Of a stretch of DNA of 45,505 bases, positions 18,214-27,883 are shown piece by piece. The first letter of the stretch is position 1. Each line of letters opens with the position of its first letter. A program made the position numbers and the translations under genes. The stretch is taken from positions 1 through 45,505 of the forward strand of contig JAFSHW010000017.1 in the NCBI GenBank assembly GCA_017440085.1, written 5' to 3'. Source of the DNA: Clostridia bacterium (GTDB lineage Bacteria > Bacillota > Clostridia > Oscillospirales > UBA644). Under the pieces are notes generated by a model. That model was not told the DNA's origin. It saw only the letters and a program-made list of their open reading frames with translations, and did no database searches.

Positions 18214-18243
18214 AAACACTCTCCTAATTTTAATTCTGTAAAT

Positions 18244-18272
18244 ATTATAATATATCTTCGGTATTTTTGCAA
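18244..18272 (-). promoter_or_regulatory. Promoter of the M23 peptidase gene
   Basis: On the minus strand: TTGCAA, a 17-nt spacer, then TATAAT. Confidence 0.55.
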
Positions 18273-18335
18273 GTAATTCAAGGTAAAATTCATAAAAATA
18301 AGCTGATATTACCTTATTTTTCCGCAGTTTTTTCC

Positions 18336-19199
18336 TTAATTTTCTTCTTTGAAGCGTTCGTAAATTTCACGCTTTGATAAATTGTATTTTCTTGCCAAAG
18401 TTTTAGCGGCAAAGGTTTTTGCCATACCGCCCTCAACAAGTTGGTAAAATTCTTTTTCCAAGGTTTCGTCATCAACTTCGGTTTTTTCCTCTGCGGCACC
18501 TTCTATAACCAAAACGAACTCGCCCTTAGGCTCGTTTTCTTCGTAATATTTAATGGCTTGGGAAACGGTGGTGAGCATTACCTGCTCGTAAATTTTTGAA
18601 ATTTCGCGTACGAGAGAAATTCGCCTGTCTCCCAAAACCTGCAAAATATCGTCCAAAAGCCCTTTCAGCTTATGGGGCGCTTCGTAAAAAATCAAAGTAT
18701 GTTCCAGAGTCTTAACCGATTCAAGGCGCTCTCTTCTGCTGTTTTTTGCAGTGCTGAGGAAGCCCTCAAAGGTAAATCTTTTCGTGGAAAGCCCTGAAAT
18801 CGCAATGGCTGAAACGAAAGCACAGGGTCCGGGGATGGCGCTGACCTTTAATCCGTGCTCGTAGCACTGCTTTACAAGTTGCTCCCCGGGGTCGGAAACA
18901 GCAGGCATTCCTGCATCGGAAACGAGAACGCAAGTCTCTCCCGCTTCAAGGCGAGCGATTATCTCTTCACCCCGCTGGCGAAGATTATGCTCGTAATAGC
19001 TGACCAAAGGTTTTTTTATTGAATAATGTGAAAGAAGAACACCCGTTTTTCTCGTATCCTCGGCGGCAATGAAATCCGCATTTTCCAAGGTTTCCAAGGC
19101 TCTTTCTGAAATGTCGGAAAGATTACCTATGGGAGTTGCCACAAGATACAGCGAAATCTTCTCTTTCGGGGAAGATATATACTCAACTTCTTCACTCAT
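18336..19199 (-). CDS. rsmI: 16S rRNA (cytidine1402-2'-O)-methyltransferase
   Basis: It has LYLVATPIGNLSDIS and a tetrapyrrole-methylase fold. GAGG lies 8 nt before the ATG at 19199. It overlaps the upstream gene by 8 nt. Confidence 0.9.
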   Translation of the reverse strand: MSEEVEYISSPKEKISLYLVATPIGNLSDISERALETLENADFIAAEDTRKTGVLLSHYSIKKPLVSYYEHNLRQRGEEIIARLEAGETCVLVSDAGMPAVSDPGEQLVKQCYEHGLKVSAIPGPCAFVSAIAISGLSTKRFTFEGFLSTAKNSRRERLESVKTLEHTLIFYEAPHKLKGLLDDILQVLGDRRISLVREISKIYEQVMLTTVSQAIKYYEENEPKGEFVLVIEGAAEEKTEVDDETLEKEFYQLVEGGMAKTFAAKTLARKYNLSKREIYERFKEEN

Positions 19200-19926
19200 T
19201 GGCGTTACCTCTTTCATATATCTGATTAACAATATCTGTGTATTGATTATTTTCGTCGTAAATTATCAGCGGCGGCTCAACGGTCACACCGCTTTTTGCA
19301 TATTTTATAAACTCTGCCAAAATCATTGAAGGCTTGTCTTCCACGTGAGCACAGACAAATTTAAGTCTTTTAAGCTCCAATCCGAAATTTTTGCATTCGC
19401 AAATCAAATCGGAAAGTCTTTCCGGGCGATGAACAACGCAAAGGCGTCCACCCTGGCGCAAAAGATACGCGCTTTGCTCTGCAACGTCTTTTAGTGTACA
19501 TTCAAGTTCTGCTCTCGCAAAACTTTTTGTACCTTGTGAAACCGTTCCCGAATTTACTGCGCTGTACGGCGGATTTACAGTAACCAAATCACAGCAAGCA
19601 GAGGGTAAAATTTTATTTTTTCTTATAAGGCGTAAATCCGTATTTATAACGGAAAGCTTGTCTTCAATCAAATTCAGCTCAATTGATTTTTTGCACAACA
19701 ATGCCTGGGCATCATTAAGCTCAATACAAACCCCGCTTTTCATACAACCAAAGCGGGAGAGAAGTATCGCAACGATGCCGTTACCGGAACATAAGTCCAC
19801 AATATTGGTAAATTTTTTGACGGAAGCAAACCACGAAAGAAAGACAGCATCCGTTCCAAAACAAAAGCTGTCGGAATCTTGATAGATTTTAAGCCCGCCG
19901 ATTTGTAAATCATCTAAACGTATCAT
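19192..19926 (-). CDS. SAM-dependent methyltransferase, tRNA (adenine37-N6) YfiC/YabB-like
   Basis: It has the NPPY motif (VTVNPPY) and a SAM-binding motif (VDLCSGNG). It occupies the syntenic yabB position upstream of rsmI. Confidence 0.8.
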   Translation of the reverse strand: MIRLDDLQIGGLKIYQDSDSFCFGTDAVFLSWFASVKKFTNIVDLCSGNGIVAILLSRFGCMKSGVCIELNDAQALLCKKSIELNLIEDKLSVINTDLRLIRKNKILPSACCDLVTVNPPYSAVNSGTVSQGTKSFARAELECTLKDVAEQSAYLLRQGGRLCVVHRPERLSDLICECKNFGLELKRLKFVCAHVEDKPSMILAEFIKYAKSGVTVEPPLIIYDENNQYTDIVNQIYERGNANE

Positions 19927-20015
19927 TTAACAAATCCATTTAAGTATGACAGTAGGGGCTGTGAAGTACAGCCCCTGGTAAGGCGCTTCGGGAGAAGACA
20001 CCTTCTTGCTATGTC

Positions 20016-20189
20016 TTATTCCTTAGCAGCAGGAGCGCCGACGGGGCAAACAGACTCGCAAGAACCGCAGTCGATGCAAAGTGCTTCGTCGATAACGAAT
20101 TTGCCATCAGCTTCGGAAATAGCGTCAACAGGACATTCGCCCTGGCAAGCACCGCAAGCGATGCATTCGTCAGAAATTACGTAAGCCAT
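20016..20189 (-). CDS. 2x[4Fe-4S] ferredoxin
   Basis: It has CIACGACQGECP and CIDCGSCESVCP. AAGGAGGA lies 7 nt before the ATG at 20189. Confidence 0.85.
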   Translation of the reverse strand: MAYVISDECIACGACQGECPVDAISEADGKFVIDEALCIDCGSCESVCPVGAPAAKE

Positions 20190-20220
20190 CAGAGTATCCT
20201 CCTTATTTTTATTCATCTAT

Positions 20221-20249
20221 ATTCTATCACATTTTTCTCCTTTTTTCAA
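20221..20249 (-). promoter_or_regulatory. Promoter of the ferredoxin gene
   Basis: On the minus strand: TTGAAA, a 17-nt spacer, then TGaTAGAAT. Confidence 0.5.
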
Positions 20250-20286
20250 GGGGTAAAATAGAACAAATATAAGTCTTTAATGAAAA

Positions 20287-21183
20287 TCAGTCCTCAATTT
20301 CGGAAATTTCTTCCTTTTCAGACTTCTTATCAGCACCTCTGAGGAGAGAAACCTCTTCCTTTTTAAAGGATTTAATTGGAGAGCCGTCAAGTTCAAGGCG
20401 AACTGAAACCTTTTCGAGAGGTACGTTTGATTCAACCACGATGCCGTTGCCCTCAGGGGTTTTAACGTAAGAACCCATTCTGGGGAGAGTCTTGTAAGCA
20501 TCTTCGTAAGTTGATTCCTCATAATTCAAGCAGCAAATAAGCTTGCCGCAAGCGCCTGAAATCTTCTGAGGATTGGTGGAAAGAGACTGATCCTTTGCCA
20601 TACGCACAGAAACGGGCGCAAATTCAGAAAGGAAGCTTGCGCAACAAACTTTTCTGCCGCATACACCCAACGCGCCCACCAATTTTGTTTCGTCACGCAC
20701 ACCGATTTGGCGAAGTTCAATTCTCGTTCTGAACACGCCAGCAAGGTCTTTTACCAATTCGCGGAAGTCGATTCGTCCTTCGGCTACGAAGCAAAAGATG
20801 ATTTTATTATTATCAAAGGTGTATTCTACGTCAACCAAAGACATTGGAAGACCGTGTTTTGCGATTTTCTCTTCGCAAATCTTAAAAGCAGCCTTTTCTT
20901 TCTCTTTATTTTCCGCGCTTTTGGCAATGTCTTCCTCTGTTGCGGGGCGAATTACAGGGCTGAGTGGCATAAATTTATCATCAGGTGGCACTTTTTTGTT
21001 GGGAACAGCGATTTCGCCGATTTCGTATCCGCGCACTGTTTCAACTATTGCCTTATCACCCAAAGAAAAAACGAAACCTTTAGGGTCGAAAAAGTAAATT
21101 TTACCCACGGGCTTGAATCTTACGCCCACTATTTCCACTATTTCAGGCTGTAAAACTTCGTTTTCAATAATTTCATTATCCAT
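20287..21183 (-). CDS. ricT: PSP1-domain protein RicT (YaaT, stage 0 sporulation protein)
   Basis: It has the PSP1 C-terminal domain pattern and Cys-rich segments (GVCGRKVCC, GACGKLICCLNYE). The ATG at 21183 avoids overlap with holB, whereas the track extension overlaps the holB 3' end. Confidence 0.85.
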   Translation of the reverse strand: MDNEIIENEVLQPEIVEIVGVRFKPVGKIYFFDPKGFVFSLGDKAIVETVRGYEIGEIAVPNKKVPPDDKFMPLSPVIRPATEEDIAKSAENKEKEKAAFKICEEKIAKHGLPMSLVDVEYTFDNNKIIFCFVAEGRIDFRELVKDLAGVFRTRIELRQIGVRDETKLVGALGVCGRKVCCASFLSEFAPVSVRMAKDQSLSTNPQKISGACGKLICCLNYEESTYEDAYKTLPRMGSYVKTPEGNGIVVESNVPLEKVSVRLELDGSPIKSFKKEEVSLLRGADKKSEKEEISEIED

Positions 21184-21260
21184 AATTTTACCATTCTTTC
21201 TCTCCGTTTTTCGTGCTTCCCCAAATTCCACGGAGGAGAAATTCGGGGTCCTAATACAAT

Positions 21261-22169
21261 TCAGCCTCTTTTTGAGAGGGAAACCGCGCCCATACAGCGC
21301 ATTACGAGAACTACGTTCCACAGCTTTACGTTGACGTTAAATTCAACCTGCTTAACAAGGGAATTTACCGCTTCGCTGAAAGCAAAAAGCCTGTGAACGT
21401 CCTTTTTTTCGCCGCTTCGCATTCGTGCGGCAATATAAACGCTGAGATTTCTTACAAAGCTTTGAAGCTCCTCTCGCGTTTTAAATGAAGCGATTTTTAC
21501 TGCCTCACCTACTGCCCCGTCAAGGCAAGCGTTAGTAAAGCTTTCGCAAAGATTATAAACACCGTAAGACGCACCCTCCAAAACCTCAATGGCTTTGCCC
21601 AAAAAGCCCTCGGAAAGATTTATTGCCGCCTGCTTCTGCTGAGGAGAATATTTATCGAATCTGCTTTGGGCGAAAAATTTTTCAGCATCTTCGTTACGAA
21701 CGGGGGCAAGAGTGAGAACCACACATCTGGAGCGTATGGTTTCAAGGAGCTTTTCCTTGGAGGTGCAGGTTAAAATGAAAACGGAAAACTGAGGCGGTTC
21801 TTCAAGGGATTTCAGAAGAACGTTTTGGCATTGGACAGAAAGGTCGTCGCAATCCTCGATTATATAGCACCGTTTTTCAGACTCGTTAGGGCGAACGTAA
21901 ATATCGGAAATTGCCGCCCTCATATTTTTTACGTCAGTATCGGCAGGAATATATTTAATATCTATGTTGCAATCAGCCAAAAATTTTACACAGGAAGGGC
22001 ATTTTCCGCAAGGACGAACACCTTCGGAAATGCAGACGTTTCCTTGGGCGATAAGCTTCGCAAGGGTAGTCTTCCCGGAACCGTGCGGACCTTCTATAAT
22101 ATATGCGTGGAAGTTTCTATTCAATTCACGTTTCAGAGCCTCATTGCCCACAATTCTTGAAGTATCCAT
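21261..22169 (-). CDS. holB: DNA polymerase III subunit delta'
   Basis: It has GPHGSGKTT and a zinc module (CGKCPSCVKF). It is syntenic with ricT. Confidence 0.85.
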   Translation of the reverse strand: MDTSRIVGNEALKRELNRNFHAYIIEGPHGSGKTTLAKLIAQGNVCISEGVRPCGKCPSCVKFLADCNIDIKYIPADTDVKNMRAAISDIYVRPNESEKRCYIIEDCDDLSVQCQNVLLKSLEEPPQFSVFILTCTSKEKLLETIRSRCVVLTLAPVRNEDAEKFFAQSRFDKYSPQQKQAAINLSEGFLGKAIEVLEGASYGVYNLCESFTNACLDGAVGEAVKIASFKTREELQSFVRNLSVYIAARMRSGEKKDVHRLFAFSEAVNSLVKQVEFNVNVKLWNVVLVMRCMGAVSLSKRG

Positions 22170-23539
22170 TATTTTCTCCGTAACAGTGATTCTTTATCAG
22201 CAACAACTGCTGTTTTTCCGTAATCTTTTTCGTGCAAAAGTAAAGCAAGTTCTTCTGAAATGACCTCCCCCGGAACTGCAAGAGGAGCGCAGGGCGGCTG
22301 ATGAAAGGCTATCATTTCGGCGGAAATTCTGCCTGCGGATTCAAGAGGAAGAACATCTTCCCTATCTGCAAAAAACGCTTCTCTTACGCTGAGTTTCCTT
22401 TGAGGAATTGAAATTTTACAGTTAAAGTTTTCTGAAATTTCAACAGGGTTAAAGGTTAAAAGCGTTTTTTCAAGCAATTCCAAATGGGAAATTTCGTTGA
22501 AAGGAGTAATTATAAAAACCAAAAATCCGCTTGATGACATTTCGGGGTAAATTTTGTTTTCTTCTAAAAATCTCTCCGCGGAGGCACAACTTTCGCCAAA
22601 ATAAACAGAAAGGCGAAGCGGGTCAATATTTTCACCGTCGGCAACCAAAAAACCGTGATTTCTAAGAGTTTTTTTTAATTTTTCCACCTTCTCACAGCAA
22701 TCGGAATAAAGCTTTAAGCCCTCAGATGCGCAAACTGCTCTGCCGTAATCAAGTGATGCCAAAATTGAGAAGGAGGGGCTTGTGGACCCTGCAGCCATCA
22801 TTCTGCGGCGAACTGCGGAAAGGGAAACTTCTTTGTTATAATGCAAAAACGCTCCACCCGTCATAACGGGCAAAGTTTTGTGAGCAGAATCTATAACCAC
22901 GTGAGCAAAATGTGCGTCATAAGAAGTGTTTTTCGTTTTTTCGCAAAAGAAAAAATGCGTACCGTGGGAGTTATCTGCAATAAAAGTCAAATTTTTCTCG
23001 TCACAAAGCTTTCTGACAGAAAGGCAATCTGCCGCAATGCCGAAATAGTTGGGAGACGTAAGGAAAATCGCTTCCGCATCGGGATTTTCTTCAACAGCCC
23101 TGCGAAAATCCTCTGCCGTTGGTGGAATGGGAAGGAAGGTTTTTTCATCGCATTTGCCCCAAACGAAAACTGCGTCAATTCCGTAAAAAGCGGCAGCAGC
23201 GGCAGCGGAAAAGTGGATATTTCTATCAAAAATCACTTTTTTACCTGCAAATTCAGCCAAAGCAGCTTTAACGCACTGGGAAGCGCCACCTGCGGAAAAA
23301 AACGTGTGGTAAGAACGAAATAGCTCCGTGGCAAGGGATTCACCCTGAGCGATGCATCCTGTGGGAGAATAAAGTTCGTCCGTACAAGGAATTTCCGTAG
23401 CGTCGTATTTGTAAATACTGAAAAAATCACCATTAAAAATTAAACTTTTATGACCGGGAGTGTGGAAAGAAGCGTGATTCAAAGCGGCGTAAGAGGTTAT
23501 TGCACGGAAAATGGGGGCATCGTTTTCAAAAAATTCCAC
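22169..23539 (-). CDS. Orn/Lys/Arg decarboxylase-family PLP enzyme (YaaO-like)
   Basis: It has FHTPGHK and a PLP-lysine motif (SAHKTLP). A GTG at 23539 lies 8 nt after AAAGGAG, whereas the track TTG at 23557 lies inside that RBS. Confidence 0.8.
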   Translation of the reverse strand: MEFFENDAPIFRAITSYAALNHASFHTPGHKSLIFNGDFFSIYKYDATEIPCTDELYSPTGCIAQGESLATELFRSYHTFFSAGGASQCVKAALAEFAGKKVIFDRNIHFSAAAAAAFYGIDAVFVWGKCDEKTFLPIPPTAEDFRRAVEENPDAEAIFLTSPNYFGIAADCLSVRKLCDEKNLTFIADNSHGTHFFFCEKTKNTSYDAHFAHVVIDSAHKTLPVMTGGAFLHYNKEVSLSAVRRRMMAAGSTSPSFSILASLDYGRAVCASEGLKLYSDCCEKVEKLKKTLRNHGFLVADGENIDPLRLSVYFGESCASAERFLEENKIYPEMSSSGFLVFIITPFNEISHLELLEKTLLTFNPVEISENFNCKISIPQRKLSVREAFFADREDVLPLESAGRISAEMIAFHQPPCAPLAVPGEVISEELALLLHEKDYGKTAVVADKESLLRRK

Positions 23540-23564
23540 CGCGAAAGCTCCTTTCAAAAATCAA

Positions 23565-24935
23565 TTAAATATCCTCTGCCAAAACTCGTCGTTTTTCCCA
23601 AACGCCTGAAATAAAGTAGATAAACCCGGGAATTGCGTTGCCATAAGCCGCAAGCCCGTAACCGAGAACGAAGCCGAAAAAGCCCCAATTAAACACGATA
23701 CCGAAAAGCCAGCTAAGTCCGATTCTAAGCAAAACACCGTCAAGCAAAGAAAGAATCATACTGAATTTTACGTTTCCGATGCCCTGAATAAATGCGCCGG
23801 TGCCTCTCATTATGGCAAGTGCGGGGAACATCCACAAAATCGCGCTGATAAAGGTGCTTGACATTTCGTGAACCAACGGGTCATCGGAGAAAATCATAAA
23901 CAACTGTTTGCCGAAAAGAACGTAGGAAACCATTGAAACTACCGTAAGGGCAACGGAATAAAACCACGCGAAATAAACAACTTTTTTCGCTCTGTCAGGC
24001 TTATTTGCCGCAATATTCTGGCTTATCATTGGCATTGCCGCGTGCTGGATACCGAGAGAAATCTTATTTACTATATCGTCAATTCTGATTCCTGCGCCGA
24101 AGGTCGCGGAAGCCACTACGCCAACGTCGTTTACAAGAGAATTTACAAAAAGCATTGAAATATTGATAAAGCCCGATTGAATTGCCATTGGCAAGCCAAG
24201 CTGGAATATCATCTTAAAATATTTTTTCTGAATTTTAAAGCTTGAAGGTTTGAAATCAAAGCCAAAATCGTCCTTACGTCTATAAAGAAAATAAAGTGAA
24301 AAAATGAAAGAAACTGCCTGACCTATTATTGTTGCCCACGCGGCACCGACAACGCCCCAACCCCAAATACCGGTAAAGAGAATATCAAGGACAAGGTTCA
24401 CAGCAGAAGCGATTCCGATGAAGAGAAAAGGTCTTTTTGAGTCGCCCATTCCGCGAAGAACTGCTGAAACCATATTGTATCCTGCGGTAAAAATCAGACC
24501 TGCGCCGCAAATCACAAGGTAGTCCCTTGACATATCGTATGATTCTTCGGGGATATTCATAACGTCCATAATTCCGCCCTTGGCAACCAAAACCACCACG
24601 GAAAGCATCAATCCCAAAATGGAAATAAGGCTGAAAAGAGTGCCAATAATATTATTTATTTCTTTTTTCTTTCCCGCACCAAGTGCTTGTGAAACCAGAA
24701 CCTGTCCACCATTGGCAAAGCCCAAGCATACCATTGTTGCAAAATTTAAAATCTGACTGCTTTGAGATACGGCGGAAAGCCCTGCCGTTCCTACGTAATG
24801 CCCAACGATAATCATATCTATGGTGCTGTATAAAACCTGCAAAGCGTTTGATGCCATAAAGGGCAAAGTAAATAAAATCAACTGACGGGGAATGTAACCT
24901 TGGGTAAAATCCCTTGAAAGACGTTGTTCTTTCAA
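23565..24935 (-). CDS. MATE family efflux transporter
   Basis: It has 12 TM helices and a typical MATE N-terminus (LPFMASNALQVLYSTIDMIIVGHYVG). The start is a TTG. Confidence 0.85.
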   Translation of the reverse strand: MKEQRLSRDFTQGYIPRQLILFTLPFMASNALQVLYSTIDMIIVGHYVGTAGLSAVSQSSQILNFATMVCLGFANGGQVLVSQALGAGKKKEINNIIGTLFSLISILGLMLSVVVLVAKGGIMDVMNIPEESYDMSRDYLVICGAGLIFTAGYNMVSAVLRGMGDSKRPFLFIGIASAVNLVLDILFTGIWGWGVVGAAWATIIGQAVSFIFSLYFLYRRKDDFGFDFKPSSFKIQKKYFKMIFQLGLPMAIQSGFINISMLFVNSLVNDVGVVASATFGAGIRIDDIVNKISLGIQHAAMPMISQNIAANKPDRAKKVVYFAWFYSVALTVVSMVSYVLFGKQLFMIFSDDPLVHEMSSTFISAILWMFPALAIMRGTGAFIQGIGNVKFSMILSLLDGVLLRIGLSWLFGIVFNWGFFGFVLGYGLAAYGNAIPGFIYFISGVWEKRRVLAEDI

Positions 24936-24966
24936 TTTTAATTCAAGACCTTCCTAAAATGCTAAG

Positions 24967-25125
24967 TTATGAAACGATTCCTAAAATAAGGAACAGAGGT
25001 CTGACAGCAAAGAAACCTGAAACAAACGCCGCAAGACCGAGGAAAATAACCAGCACGATATAACCCTTGCTGACTTTTTTCTTCGGTTGAACGGAAGTTC
25101 TTTTGAAGCGAATGGTTCTTTTCAT
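24967..25125 (-). CDS. Unlisted 52-aa single-pass membrane sORF downstream of rnfB
   Basis: The sequence is MKRTIRFKRTSVQPKKKVSKGYIVLVIFLGLAAFVSGFFAVRPLFLILGIVS. GAGG lies 7 nt before the ATG. It has a basic N-terminus followed by one TM helix. It falls below the length cut-off of the track. Confidence 0.5.
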   Translation of the reverse strand: MKRTIRFKRTSVQPKKKVSKGYIVLVIFLGLAAFVSGFFAVRPLFLILGIVS

Positions 25126-25169
25126 TTTTCGACCTCATTTTTGAGAGGGGAAATATCCCCCACTCTCAA

Positions 25170-26081
25170 TTAAAATTCTTTATCTTCCGAACCAACGGTT
25201 CTAACCTTTCTTGATTCGGGTTTTTCAATTTTTTCATTTGGAACGGCATCGTTTTCGATAGTATCGCCGTTTTTAATCTGCTTTTTGCCTGACCAGATAA
25301 TCTTTCTGGGACATTTTTCAACGCAAGCGCCGCAGTTTATGCACTTGGTGTAGTCAATGGCAGCAACGCCTTCGTTGACAGAAATGGCGTCCGTGGGGCA
25401 AACCTTAGTGCAAAGTCCGCAACCGATACAGCCAACTTTACATAGAGAACGAACCACAGGACCTTTATCGTGGGAATTGCAACCAACCCATATATCAGCG
25501 TCAAAAGGAATCAATCGAATAAGGTTCTGCGGGCAAGAGTTTACGCACATACCGCAAGCTACGCACTTTTCGTATTCCACAACGGCAACACCTCTTTCCA
25601 CCTTAATTGCATCGAAGTTGCAAACCTTAACGCAAGTTCCGAGACCGATACAGCCGTGGGCGCATTCCTTAGGTCCGTTACCTAATTTTGCAACGGAAAG
25701 GCAATCGTTTATGCCAAGGTAGTTATATTTTCTGTTGGCAAGAGAATTTGTTCCGCTGCACATTACCTGAGCGCGCATACGGACGGAAGCTCCAACGTTT
25801 TCCACTCCCATAATTTTCGCAATCTCGGAAGCGGTTTTTGCCGCACCTACGGGGCATTTGTTTACAGCCGCTTCTCCGCTGAGAATTTTATCAGCGTAGT
25901 CACCGCATCCTGCAAAGCCGCAACCGCCGCAGTTGGCGCCGGGAAGACATTCAAGAATCTGGTCACGTCTGGGATCTTTTTTTACGTAAAAAACCTTACT
26001 TGAAAAGCTTAAAGCAAAGCCCAAAAGCAAAGCAAGCGCAGCCATAACGAGAACGGTTATTAAAATATTCAAAATATCCAT
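25170..26081 (-). CDS. rnfB: Rnf electron transport complex subunit B (polyferredoxin form)
   Basis: It has an N-terminal TM helix, CGGCGFAGCGDYA, and several CxxCxxCxxxCP motifs. Confidence 0.9.
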   Translation of the reverse strand: MDILNILITVLVMAALALLLGFALSFSSKVFYVKKDPRRDQILECLPGANCGGCGFAGCGDYADKILSGEAAVNKCPVGAAKTASEIAKIMGVENVGASVRMRAQVMCSGTNSLANRKYNYLGINDCLSVAKLGNGPKECAHGCIGLGTCVKVCNFDAIKVERGVAVVEYEKCVACGMCVNSCPQNLIRLIPFDADIWVGCNSHDKGPVVRSLCKVGCIGCGLCTKVCPTDAISVNEGVAAIDYTKCINCGACVEKCPRKIIWSGKKQIKNGDTIENDAVPNEKIEKPESRKVRTVGSEDKEF

Positions 26082-26095
26082 TTTCTTACCTCCTG

Positions 26096-26680
26096 TTAAA
26101 ACGGAAGTTTAAGTCCTTGGAATCCCATAAAAGAGATACTCAAGAGTGCCGCCGCAATAAGAGCAATGGGAAAGCCTCTGAAAGGTTTCGGAATATCCGC
26201 ATAGCTCATACGCTCACGAACAACGGAAAGAAGGTAAATCGCAAGCAAGAAACCAACGCCTGCAGAAAAACCGTAAACTACGGATTCGATAAAATTGTAT
26301 TCCTTGTTGATGTTCAGAAGTGCAACGCCCAAAACAGCGCAGTTTGTGGTGATAAGGGGCAAGTAGATACCCAACGCTGAATAAAGGGCGGGAATGCTTT
26401 TTTGCAAAAACATTTCGATAATCTGAACCAAGGTAGCAATTACAACGATAAACGCAATAGTTTGAAGATATTCAAGCCCAAGAGGTTTAAGCACGAACCA
26501 ATAAAGAGGGTACGTGAGGGCTGAGGTGAGAGTCATAGTAAAAACTACCGCCATACCCATACCTACTGCGGTGCTTGATTTTGTAGAAACACCCAGGAAT
26601 GGGCAGCAACCGTAGAATTTAACCAAAACGAAGTTTTCGATAAGAATAGCAGAAATTGAGATAACGATAAGATTAAGCAT
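26096..26680 (-). CDS. rnfA: Rnf complex subunit A
   Basis: It is a 194-aa polytopic membrane protein of RnfA/NqrE type, at the expected position in the rnfCDGEAB order. Confidence 0.9.
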   Translation of the reverse strand: MLNLIVISISAILIENFVLVKFYGCCPFLGVSTKSSTAVGMGMAVVFTMTLTSALTYPLYWFVLKPLGLEYLQTIAFIVVIATLVQIIEMFLQKSIPALYSALGIYLPLITTNCAVLGVALLNINKEYNFIESVVYGFSAGVGFLLAIYLLSVVRERMSYADIPKPFRGFPIALIAAALLSISFMGFQGLKLPF

Positions 26681-27309
26681 TATTTTTCACCCTTACCTTT
26701 CTGCATAATATACTGCACCAAAGCAATAAGGAATCCGAGAACCAAAAAGCCTCCGGCGGGAAGAATTATAAGCAAAGCAGGTGAGAAATTTTCACCCATT
26801 ACGTTGAAGCCTAAAAGGGTTCCGTTACCCAAAAGCTCTCTGATTGCAGAAATTACCGTAAGAGCCAAAGTGAAGCCGAGACCCGTTGCAAGCCCGTCAA
26901 GAGCAGATGCAAGAGGTTCATTTTTCGAAGCAAAGCTTTCAGCTCTGGCAAGAATAATGCAGTTTACTACTATAAGCGGAATGAAAAGGCCCAAGGACTC
27001 TGCAAGAGACTGCATATAAGCCTTGACTACCATTTCAACTACCGTTACGAAGCCAGCAATAATTACGATATAAGAAGCAATTCGAATTTTCGCAGGAATA
27101 AATTTTCTTAAAAGTGAAATAAAGAAGTTTGAGAAAATAAGCACGAAAGTTGCGGAAAGCCCCATACCGATACCGTTAGATACGGAAGTTGTTACCGCAA
27201 GGGTGGGGCACATTCCCAAAAGCTGAATAAAGGTGGGGTTTTTAAAGATAATACCGTCTTTGATTATTTGCAGGTAAAAATTCTTTTTGGACTGTTTTTT
27301 CTCTGCCAT
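26680..27309 (-). CDS. rnfE: Rnf complex subunit E
   Basis: It is a 209-aa RnfE/NqrD-type membrane protein. GGAGGG lies 8 nt before the ATG. Confidence 0.9.
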   Translation of the reverse strand: MAEKKQSKKNFYLQIIKDGIIFKNPTFIQLLGMCPTLAVTTSVSNGIGMGLSATFVLIFSNFFISLLRKFIPAKIRIASYIVIIAGFVTVVEMVVKAYMQSLAESLGLFIPLIVVNCIILARAESFASKNEPLASALDGLATGLGFTLALTVISAIRELLGNGTLLGFNVMGENFSPALLIILPAGGFLVLGFLIALVQYIMQKGKGEK

Positions 27310-27310
27310 A

Positions 27311-27883
27311 TCAATAACCCTCCTTCAAAAGTCTGCCTGCAACCTCAAGAGCAACGGAAACGCCTTCCATTACACCTGCGGAAGAGTAAGTAGCACCGCT
27401 AACTGCTGAAACACCTTGAACCTCGGAAATTGAAGCGCCAACGAACTGAGAAAGAAGTGCACCGTCTTTATCCAAAGCTACGGAACCGATACCGGGAGTT
27501 TCCGTGTGGGAAATAACCTGCACGCCCATAACTGAACCGTCAAGATTTACGCCGACAATAAGGGAAATATCTCCACCGAAGCCGGAACCCACAACGCTGA
27601 TGCAGTAGCCCAGCAAATCCTCACCGGAGCCTTCTGCCGCGTATATTTCGCTTACAGATTTTTCTTCTTCTTTTGTAAGCTGGAAATTAACCAAGCTGAA
27701 GCCCGTAGCGTCAGTAAAGATTTCCTTCCTTGCGCTGTTACTTTTTTCAGCCTCGTTTGATGCAATTTTTTCAGATGTGAGTCCGTTTACAACAGCAAGC
27801 ATCAAAACTACTGCCGAAACGATAATAACCAATTTTACGGGAAGGCTCATATCAAGGGATTGCTTATTTGCCTGATTCGACAT
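27311..27883 (-). CDS. rnfG: Rnf complex subunit G (FMN-binding)
   Basis: It has the FMN attachment motif SGATYSS and a strong AGGAGG RBS. It overlaps rnfD by 20 nt. Confidence 0.9.
   Translation of the reverse strand: MSNQANKQSLDMSLPVKLVIIVSAVVLMLAVVNGLTSEKIASNEAEKSNSARKEIFTDATGFSLVNFQLTKEEEKSVSEIYAAEGSGEDLLGYCISVVGSGFGGDISLIVGVNLDGSVMGVQVISHTETPGIGSVALDKDGALLSQFVGASISEVQGVSAVSGATYSSAGVMEGVSVALEVAGRLLKEGY

Noticed and set aside
19954-19976. A perfect 9-bp hairpin, AGGGGCTGT-gaagt-ACAGCCCCT, downstream of the ferredoxin gene, considered as a terminator
   Set aside because: It has no U-tract on the minus strand, and the downstream methyltransferase gene has no visible promoter. It is more likely an intercistronic stabiliser or processing hairpin, and I am not confident enough to call it.
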